Assembly (NCBI GenBank): GCA_036504055.1
Contig: DASXVU010000038.1
Coordinates: forward strand, 92 to 64,091
From: Methanomassiliicoccales archaeon
Lineage (GTDB): Archaea > Thermoplasmatota > Thermoplasmata > Methanomassiliicoccales > UBA472
Direction of reading: 5' to 3'
Length of the DNA stretch: 64,000 nucleotides
The notes below the pieces were generated by a model that saw nothing but the letters and a program-made list of their open reading frames with translations, had not been told where the DNA came from and made no database searches. Made by a program: the position numbers and the translations under genes. This document shows positions 56,793-64,000 of this stretch, one piece after another; positions within the stretch are counted from its first letter, which is position 1; the number at the start of each line of letters is the position of its first letter.

Positions 56793-57059
56793 TTAGTTCA
56801 ACGGGTTAACGATCTCTATGATCTGGAATATGACCGTTGCCGCGAACACTAGCAGAAGCGGGATGACTACTGCATCCATCGTCGCCAATATCCTCTTCGA
56901 TCTGATCGAAGACGCGCTTATGAGCTCACGAGACGACAACAGACTGACGAGGAGGATAGCAATCAATGCCCCTCCAACACCGCCGCTGAGGATCCCCGTC
57001 ATGGTTATAGCACTCGATGCAGTGCTTACTGCTGCCGTAGTTGCCATGACTAAGCTCAT
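56793..57059 (-). CDS. small two-TM membrane protein (hypothetical)
   Basis: 88 aa with two clear hydrophobic helices. The overlapping plus-strand ORF 56818..57090 is less protein-like. Confidence 0.4.
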   Translation of the reverse strand: MSLVMATTAAVSTASSAITMTGILSGGVGGALIAILLVSLLSSRELISASSIRSKRILATMDAVVIPLLLVFAATVIFQIIEIVNPLN

Positions 57060-57202
57060 ATTAGATAATGAGACAATTGGAGATATTTAATCTTAATCTT
57101 GGTAGTCTAGAAATCGTATCTCGTCTGCAGTAGATACAAACTTTCTAGTAATTATTCAGTGTCAACAATTACTTATATAGTTTTTCACTCTTGGGAGGCT
57201 GA

Positions 57203-58711
57203 ATGATCGGCCGTAGGTCTTTGTTGATAGTGTTGTCGACGATCATTGCGTCGATTCTTTCTTTCGTCGGCCTACTGGCAATGACGAACTACCTTGGAAA
57301 GGACGCCTACGGCACCATCGCTTGGGTCTTGGCAACCATAGGGACACTGAATACAGTATCGGACCTGGGTTTCAACAGCGCCCATATCAAGAGGGTCTCC
57401 GAAGGCCAGGACGAGAACGATTGCGTTTCAACCTATCTCGCCATCAAGGTGTCATTGACCTCCTTCATGGTGGTCTTCGTCTTTGCGGCGCTCCTGGTGT
57501 GGAACCAGATCAACAGCACGACGATCTCGGCAGAGACCTGGAACCTGGTCATACTTTTCGTGCTTTACTATGTCATGTATGACATGGCCACTGTTGTCAC
57601 ATCCACGTATAACGCACGGATGGAAACGACGAAATCACAGGCGATCGCCCTGACCGACCCGCTGGTCCGTGTGCCGTTGATCATCTTCGTTTCCATCAAT
57701 CATATGACCACCATCGACCTTGCCTTCGCATATGTGATAGCGGCATTGGCAGTATTGCTGGTCAGTGTATTCCTTCTGAGGAGGGGCAGTATCAAATGGA
57801 AGAGGCCGACCCTTTTCCGGTCCTACCTCAAGTTCGCCCTCCCGATATCCTTGATATCGATAGCCGGTGCGGTCACAAGCAACCTTGACAAGATCCTCAT
57901 CGGCTATTTTGACATGCCGGGGAACGTGGCCTATTATTCCTCATCGCAGCAGATATTGGCCGTGGTGGGGGTGATCGGTTCGGCCGTTGCCACGGTATCC
58001 TTCCCGTCATTCTCCCTGCTGCATAGCAAGGGCGATATCGCCACCATCCGAAAGCAGACCTATGCGGCCGAACGGTACATAGCCATGATCGGCCTGCCCA
58101 TTGTGACGTTGGTGGTCCTATTCCCGACGGAGATCTGTCTTGCGGTCTTTGGCAAGGATTTCGCTCCTGCTGGAGATGCCATGCGGTTCCTGGGGATCAC
58201 CCTATCGCTGACCATGCTCAATCAGGTGTACACGTCACAGATCATGGGAGTCAATCGGCCGGACATCAGTGCCAAGATCATCCTGGGGACCTTCTGTCTG
58301 AACGTTGTCCTGTTGCTGATATTCATCCCCAAGGAGCTCTTCGGGGTGAAGATGCTGGGTCTGTCATATACCGGAGCGGCGATCGCTACAGCGACAACCG
58401 CCCTGGCATTGTTCGTCAGCGTTCGAATAATAGTCAAGAGACTGACCGGGACCGGCACCGAAAGAAGGATGATCAAGCATCTCATTGCAGCCGCCGTGGC
58501 CGGTGCGGCCATCGTCCTGCTGAATGCGGAATACCGCCTTTCCGGGCTCATTGCGCTGGCGATCTTCTTTGTGGTCACGGCATTGGTGTTCCTGGGAACG
58601 TTGATAGCGTTGAAGGAGTTCACCAAGTATGACCTCAGGCAGATCCTGGACATCATCAACCCTGCCAAGATGGTCAGCTACATGGGCGAGGAGATCAAGA
58701 ACAAGAGATGA
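57203..58711 (+). CDS. MOP-superfamily oligosaccharide/polysaccharide flippase (Wzx-like), copy 1
   Basis: 502 aa, about 12-14 TM helices, typical N-terminal LLAMTNYLGKDAYG. GGGAGG lies upstream of the ATG. Confidence 0.85.
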   Translation: MIGRRSLLIVLSTIIASILSFVGLLAMTNYLGKDAYGTIAWVLATIGTLNTVSDLGFNSAHIKRVSEGQDENDCVSTYLAIKVSLTSFMVVFVFAALLVWNQINSTTISAETWNLVILFVLYYVMYDMATVVTSTYNARMETTKSQAIALTDPLVRVPLIIFVSINHMTTIDLAFAYVIAALAVLLVSVFLLRRGSIKWKRPTLFRSYLKFALPISLISIAGAVTSNLDKILIGYFDMPGNVAYYSSSQQILAVVGVIGSAVATVSFPSFSLLHSKGDIATIRKQTYAAERYIAMIGLPIVTLVVLFPTEICLAVFGKDFAPAGDAMRFLGITLSLTMLNQVYTSQIMGVNRPDISAKIILGTFCLNVVLLLIFIPKELFGVKMLGLSYTGAAIATATTALALFVSVRIIVKRLTGTGTERRMIKHLIAAAVAGAAIVLLNAEYRLSGLIALAIFFVVTALVFLGTLIALKEFTKYDLRQILDIINPAKMVSYMGEEIKNKR

Positions 58712-59109
58712 TGGCCTGGCTCGACCAGGACCCATCACGACAGAATGGAAGTTGCCGTATATCATCGAAGGCCCTGCTGTTCTCCGATATGTCCTCTCCT
58801 TGATGAAAGCAAGTCATTTTGTCCGCATTCTCTTTTGAGCATTACCTGCCCACTCTTCGGTCTCTGAAGTTGTGTGATAGTATCCAAGCGGTCAAGTTCA
58901 CTTTCAACCGAAGGCCTTTGAATCTTCATTTCTATCATCACAAATTGCATCGCTCACGGATCTCCGGTCATGATAATTATTGAATATCTTGGAAATTATT
59001 GAGGTCCGGGGCACCATGCATAGTATAAGAATTTGATGATTTCATTTGTTAAATTAATATCAAGAAATCTCATATTTTTTAACACCTAAGAGCCGTTCAG
59101 CACATATTA

Positions 59110-59145
59110 TGATTATAAATTTCTATATAATTTTGTTTATAACGG
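59110..59145 (+). promoter_or_regulatory. AT-rich promoter-like block (TGATTATAAATTTCTATATAATTTTGTTTATAACGG)
   Basis: Counterpart of 42121-42166. It shares TGATTATAA and TATA-like boxes, and sits at a similar distance (about 480 nt) from the beta-helix start codon. Confidence 0.4.
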
Positions 59146-59417
59146 ATGATTTACTTCCCTAATCTAAGAGAGCAAAAACGGAAGAGCCCTCATCGAGGGA
59201 TTTGATCTCTCTGCCGTCGGAGCAGGAACTCCGCCGGATCCGTTGCAATCAACATCTCGGGATCCATTTTTGATCTCCGATGTCAGGCTGTATGTCAATT
59301 AGGCGATCTCTTCCGGTCGCGTGCATACGAGTCAGCGTGAGCGACGATCGATGAATCGTCGTGCTGTCTCAAGATCAGTCTGCTTTAGTGCAACGTAACG
59401 ATAGGAGCTGAATAAGC

Positions 59418-59624
59418 ATGAGAATGGGATCTTCATGGGAGAAGGACAAGCTCAGGATGGGCGTTACGACGGCCATTCTGTCCGCATCGGTACCCGGTGC
59501 GGAGGCGGATTTGTCCGAGCAGAATTGTATAGCGAACAAAGCGAGGGACCAGGCCTGGAGGATCGGCGATCAGGCGATGAACAAGGGCACTTTGGGATTG
59601 TCATCCCGATCGAGAGGTTGCTAA
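59418..59624 (+). CDS. conserved 68-aa upstream small ORF (MRMGSSWEKDKLRMG...SRSRGC)
   Basis: Its stop TAA ends 2 nt before ATG 59627 of the beta-helix paralogue. The N-terminal MRMGSSWEKDK and C-terminal GC resemble the 42498..42608 ORF (MKMGLSWKDRD...GGCYT). Confidence 0.4.
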   Translation: MRMGSSWEKDKLRMGVTTAILSASVPGAEADLSEQNCIANKARDQAWRIGDQAMNKGTLGLSSRSRGC

Positions 59625-59626
59625 AC

Positions 59627-60784
59627 ATGGCGAGATCTATGTTCAAGGGCAGGTCCTTGACGTTCCTGACCATCATGTTCGTGGGAGCATTGATCGGGAC
59701 ATCGGTTTTGGGAGCTATGAACGTTCAGGCGGCCGTGCCTTCCGCTCCGGTGGGCGATGGAACATCCGTTTCAGTGGCGTTCACCATCTACAAGGACGGC
59801 AGCGGTTACACCTGCGCAAAGAATAGCGCTACCGGGGCCATCGATTTCCGGAACACCAACTCGAAATGGGTGATCCAGAAGACCATCGACAAGCTGTCTG
59901 GCGGCTACATACTGATCAAGGCGGGAACGTATTCCATAACGCAGACCATCTACACGAACAAAGTGTCGATCATCGGTGAGGGGAACGCGACCATACTGAA
60001 GTCCACCAGCACCTGTTCGGGAGCCATCATACGGGTGTGTGACGACTACTGGACGTTGGACTACAGATACATGTCCGCACGCCCCAACGGGATAACCATC
60101 GGCAACATGCAGATCGATGGCAGCAAGGGCTCCGGCGGACGGCAGTTGGAAGGTGTCGGGTTCATCGACTGCCTCAACAGCCGCATCGTCAAGGTCTATG
60201 CACATAACATTGCCGCAGGACAGGGCCTGTACATGTCCAACTCGCAGTACTGTTCCATCATTGACTGCGTGATCGACAACGTCGGTGACAACTCATATGC
60301 GAACTATGGATCGGGCATCGCCTTCGGCGAGGCCTCCAGGACCCACGTCGCATGCTCGTACATCACCATCGACAACGTACGGATAACCAGGACCTCGATG
60401 TCCGCGATAGACCTGGAGCCCGCCAACCACGTGACCATCAAGAACTGCGTGTTCCGCGATGCCACAACCTGGAAGGGATACCGTACTCCGGTCATAACGG
60501 AATACAATATTGCGGGATATGCGATCTGTGATTACATCACGGTGACCGGATGCATAGTCTACGGCGCGTTCAGCGAGTTCGTGATACTGTCGCCCAGCAG
60601 CCACTCGACGGTCAGCAAGAACCAGGTGACACTGACCACTGGCACGATCCCGGCGATATACTCGATCAACTCGCACTCGAACACGATCACCGGAAACGTG
60701 ATCAAGTCGTTGTCGAGCAGGCCGATACAGACAGTCAGCTGCACCGGTTTCGTCATCTCGGGTAACACTCTCCTTCACCTTTGA
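59627..60784 (+). CDS. secreted/anchored right-handed beta-helix protein, paralogue of 42605..44038
   Basis: I prefer ATG 59627 (MARSMFKGRSLTFLTIMFVGALIGTSVLGAMNVQA). It is colinear with copy 1 (YKDGSGYTCAKNSATGAIDFRNTN..., ILIKAGTY, IGNMQIDGSKG, YAHNIAAGQGLYMSNSQYC, GIAFGEAS, IDLEPANHVTI), but about 95 aa shorter at the C-terminus. Confidence 0.85.
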   Translation: MARSMFKGRSLTFLTIMFVGALIGTSVLGAMNVQAAVPSAPVGDGTSVSVAFTIYKDGSGYTCAKNSATGAIDFRNTNSKWVIQKTIDKLSGGYILIKAGTYSITQTIYTNKVSIIGEGNATILKSTSTCSGAIIRVCDDYWTLDYRYMSARPNGITIGNMQIDGSKGSGGRQLEGVGFIDCLNSRIVKVYAHNIAAGQGLYMSNSQYCSIIDCVIDNVGDNSYANYGSGIAFGEASRTHVACSYITIDNVRITRTSMSAIDLEPANHVTIKNCVFRDATTWKGYRTPVITEYNIAGYAICDYITVTGCIVYGAFSEFVILSPSSHSTVSKNQVTLTTGTIPAIYSINSHSNTITGNVIKSLSSRPIQTVSCTGFVISGNTLLHL

Positions 60785-61128
60785 AGGCAAGATTGAGCGA
60801 TCCCGATTTGCGATCAAGAAAGGAAAGCAAGAACGGAGGAAATGAAGGACAAATACAGAAACGAATGATCCAAGCCTAAGAAAGTAAACCCGATCATAAG
60901 GCCGGCCTGCCTGGTGGCAGGTCCGGTCACCTTTTTTTTACGATCGCATTTCTGATCGACCTTCATGTTTTGAATTGATGTTCTGCCCAGCCATAATCCT
61001 GAAGAATAATAACATAGACCGTTATCACTTATCCAGATCGAATCATTGCCGATCAACAGGCTCAGAGAATCTCAAAACACAGTCTCGTAAACACTTTATT
61101 ATATCCGGTTTCTCTGATGAGTAACTGG

Positions 61129-62637
61129 ATGATAGGCCGAAGATCCTTATTGATAGTTATCTCCACTATCGTGGCGGCAGCGCTTTCCTTCATCGGGCTG
61201 CTGGCCATGACTAACTATTTGGGAAAGGATGTCTACGGCAACATCTCCTGGTTCCTGGCAACGGTAGCCACATTGAATATCGTCTCGGACCTGGGATTCC
61301 AGAACGCCCATATCAAAAGGGTGTCCGAAGGCCAGGACGAGAACGATTGCATCTCCACCTATTTCGTGGTCAAGCTGATCCTGACCTCTGTCATGGTGGT
61401 GTTCGTTTTCGCCTCCATATTCGTCTGGAACTGGATCTCAAATTCCGTCATGTCGCCAGAGTCATGGAACCTGGTCATCCTTTTCGTGCTGTACTATGCG
61501 ATGTACGACTTTGCATGGGTCGTGATCTACACCTACAACGCCAGGATGGAGACGACCAAGTCCCAGCTGATCGCGTTGACCGATCCGTTGATCCGTGTTC
61601 CGTTGATCATCTTTGTTTCCGTCAACCACCTGACCACCACCGACCTGGCCTATGCCTACGTGTTCGCGGCGTTCGGGGTATTGCTGGTCAGCGCGTTCAT
61701 GCTGAAAAGGGGGAGCTTCAGGTGGAAGAAACCGACCATGTTCCGCTCCTACATCAAATTCGCGCTTCCTCTTTCCCTGATCGCGATCGCCGGTGCCATT
61801 ACCCTTAACCTTGACAAGATGCTCATTGGCTATTTCGATGGAACAGGGAGCGTGGCCTATTACTCCTCATCCCAGACATTCATCAGGACGTTCAGCGTAT
61901 TAGGCACTGCTGTCGCGGCATTAGCATTTCCTTCGTTCTCGATGCTGCACACCAAGGGCGATATCGCAGCGATCCGCAAGGTGACGCATGCCGCCGAACG
62001 GTACATCTCAATGATCGGAACCCCTATCGTGGCTCTGTTCATTGTGTTCCCGACCGAGATATGCGTCACGTTCTTCGGATCCCAGTTCGCCCCCGCCGGA
62101 GACGTTCTTCGTTTCCTCGCCGTCTGGTTATGGCTGACCCTGCTCAATCAGGTCTATAACTCTCAGATCCTCGGGGTGAACCGGCCCGATATCAGTGCCA
62201 AGAGGACCATGGGGACCTTTATCCTGAACGTCATCCTGCTGTTCGTGTTCGTTCCGGACGAGATCTTCGGGGTGAGGATGCTCGGAATGTCATATACCGG
62301 AGCGGCAATCGCTACCGCCATCACCGCGGTCGCCTTGTTCATCTCGGTCCGCATTATTCTAAAGAAACTAACCGGCACTGGTAGCAACCCAGCGGTACTG
62401 AAACATCTATTTGCAGGTGTAGTGGCGGGAGTGGCGATCGCCGCATTGGGCACGGCATACCATTTCTCCGGCGTTATCGCTTTCATCGTTTTCGGTGCGG
62501 TCACCGTTGGCGTTTTCTTCGCAGTGTTGGCAGTGCTGAAGGAGTTCACCAAGACCGACATCGCCTATTTCACCGACCTGATCAACCCGATAAAGATGTT
62601 GAGCTACATGGGCGGAGAGATGAAGAACAAGAGATGA
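61129..62637 (+). CDS. MOP-superfamily flippase (Wzx-like), copy 2
   Basis: Colinear with 57203..58711 at roughly 70 percent amino-acid identity by eye. ATG 61129 (MIGRRSLLIV) matches the copy-1 start. The ORF-track start 61117 adds MSNW. Confidence 0.85.
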   Translation: MIGRRSLLIVISTIVAAALSFIGLLAMTNYLGKDVYGNISWFLATVATLNIVSDLGFQNAHIKRVSEGQDENDCISTYFVVKLILTSVMVVFVFASIFVWNWISNSVMSPESWNLVILFVLYYAMYDFAWVVIYTYNARMETTKSQLIALTDPLIRVPLIIFVSVNHLTTTDLAYAYVFAAFGVLLVSAFMLKRGSFRWKKPTMFRSYIKFALPLSLIAIAGAITLNLDKMLIGYFDGTGSVAYYSSSQTFIRTFSVLGTAVAALAFPSFSMLHTKGDIAAIRKVTHAAERYISMIGTPIVALFIVFPTEICVTFFGSQFAPAGDVLRFLAVWLWLTLLNQVYNSQILGVNRPDISAKRTMGTFILNVILLFVFVPDEIFGVRMLGMSYTGAAIATAITAVALFISVRIILKKLTGTGSNPAVLKHLFAGVVAGVAIAALGTAYHFSGVIAFIVFGAVTVGVFFAVLAVLKEFTKTDIAYFTDLINPIKMLSYMGGEMKNKR

Positions 62638-62910
62638 GGCAGGCCGTCGATAAAGCAAAACGGAAAATGTGGTCAGCAAGTGAATGACCATATCCAGCTC
62701 CCTGCGAAGAATCCTTATGGCACGCAATTTGTCATAGCGTTATATGGCTGGGAATGCTTCGTTTTGTCTTCCTGATAATATCTTTTTTGACAACTGAAAT
62801 CGGGATGATCCGGCCGTCTCAAACCTGTTGATCAATAGATCGATCAAAACCACTGACCATTCACAAAGTAATTGGATGAACCCCTAAGCTGGCCTTTTCG
62901 AAATGAGCGG

Positions 62911-63927
62911 TCACTTCATGTCCATTTGTCTTAGCGGGACCTCATGACCATCCTTGTCATATTCGGCCACGATCCGAGGCAGCTTACGGAAATATTGCGG
63001 CATCTCGCCAAGTGTGGAGAAACGGTGCTTATTGTCTTTGGCATATGCAAGGGCCTGCTCAAGATAGCCCAGGATGCGTTGGCAATCCTTTTCCTTGGCG
63101 GCGTACGGTGAAGTACCTGGCATGATCTCCATGGAGTGGAACATCATGTTCAGCACGATTTCCTTTTTGTCGGCATAGGTCTCGGCGGTTCTGCGCATGA
63201 CCTGTACCATGCCATCGCCCGTATTGCACGATGGGCGCAACCATTGCAGGGGGTATATCCTCCCGGAGATGGTGCGTATTGACCTGACGTGCCATTTCTC
63301 ATGGTTCGCCGGTTTTAGGATGGTGACCGGGACCTCGAGGACGCTGTTGCCGTTGGGGGTAAGGAGATCGTTGATCTTTGGATAGTAAGGTTGGTCCGGG
63401 GCGCTCAGGTAGTTGGCGCGGCCTTCCTTTTGTTTCCAGTCCACGTTCGGTGTGACCGATGAGTCAACCTTGTAGTTGAGCTCGTCCAGGATCTTGAGGG
63501 TGTTTGATCCGGCTGCGAAGCGTCCAGCCCGGAATGAGGTCGGTTTGTAGCCGAAACGGGTGGCGAACAGAGCGGTGAGGTTAACCATCTTCAGGCGCTC
63601 GATCTCATACGTGTAGGATGACTGCATGTTGTCGGTCGACATATTGGCCATAGAACCCTTGTGACAGAAGGGCTCTATCATATCGCCGTGGAGGTGAGTG
63701 CCCAGCTCGCAGTTCTTAAGGTTCTTAAGGACCGATAGGCAGTCATCATCCCTGATCACTTCCGGAGAGAGAAGATATGTGGGCCTGGCCCCATATTTTG
63801 CGAATAACGGGGTTAGCTTGTCGGGGATGCCTTCGGTGACCGAGGTGAAGCTTTGGTCGGAAGACACGGTCCAATCCTTGGACTTATCGATCTCCGTGTC
63901 AATGGTGATCAGCAGATGGATGGTCAT
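62911..63927 (-). CDS. polysaccharide deacetylase-like (divergent CE4 / WalW-like) protein
   Basis: ITIDTEID (a variant of CE4 motif 1), GTHLHG (His-x-His metal motif) and FRAGRFA (an RxPY-like position). 338 aa, at the edge of the glycan locus. Confidence 0.55.
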   Translation of the reverse strand: MTIHLLITIDTEIDKSKDWTVSSDQSFTSVTEGIPDKLTPLFAKYGARPTYLLSPEVIRDDDCLSVLKNLKNCELGTHLHGDMIEPFCHKGSMANMSTDNMQSSYTYEIERLKMVNLTALFATRFGYKPTSFRAGRFAAGSNTLKILDELNYKVDSSVTPNVDWKQKEGRANYLSAPDQPYYPKINDLLTPNGNSVLEVPVTILKPANHEKWHVRSIRTISGRIYPLQWLRPSCNTGDGMVQVMRRTAETYADKKEIVLNMMFHSMEIMPGTSPYAAKEKDCQRILGYLEQALAYAKDNKHRFSTLGEMPQYFRKLPRIVAEYDKDGHEVPLRQMDMK

Positions 63928-64000
63928 TTCTACGTATCCGAAACGAGTGGAGTGCTTTCTTAGGTTATGAAGGCTTGCTATGGGGTTTGATTTACTGTAA

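Overview
The window looks like an archaeal chromosomal segment, probably from a methylotrophic methanogen or Thermoplasmata-like organism. This taxonomic call is inference. It rests on an MtaA/MtbA-type methyltransferase, DUF1616-type membrane proteins, AT-rich TATA-like promoters, GGAGG ribosome-binding sites, and surface proteins with C-terminal TM anchors. TGA is the dominant stop codon, and TAG also appears as an ordinary stop in about 8 of 44 calls.

Gene content from left to right:
- An AT-rich region with little coding, then a propeller/FN3 surface protein.
- A CoA-transferase/GNAT fusion convergent with acs.
- A low-GC islet holding an AbiE-like pair with a disrupted nucleotidyltransferase, plus an ArsR-type regulator.
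- A receiver protein, an EamA transporter, a PAP2 phosphatase, and a 1255-aa surface protein built from 11 tandem Ig-like repeats.
- A NapH-like Fe-S membrane module, zinc-ribbon membrane proteins and a USP.
- A nucleotide-sugar dehydrogenase/epimerase pair, an AAA/TPR ATPase, a hydantoinase-family protein and an MtaA-like methyltransferase.
- A GT4 glycosyltransferase and two PAS histidine kinases.
- From about 42 kb to the end, a roughly 22-kb mosaic surface-glycan locus. It contains GT4s, acetyltransferases, a PRTase-HAD fusion, a FemAB-like enzyme, two flippases, two beta-helix proteins, pseudogene scars and a deacetylase-like enzyme.

I found no rRNA, tRNA, CRISPR array, integrase or transposase.

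Best leads:
1. Duplicated cassettes of promoter, long leader, conserved small ORF and secreted beta-helix protein.
2. The CoA-transferase/GNAT fusion next to Acs.
3. The PRTase-HAD fusion in the glycan locus.
4. The AbiE-like module with a nuclease-like extension and a frameshifted toxin.

All domain calls come from reading motifs by eye. No HMM or BLAST search was run.
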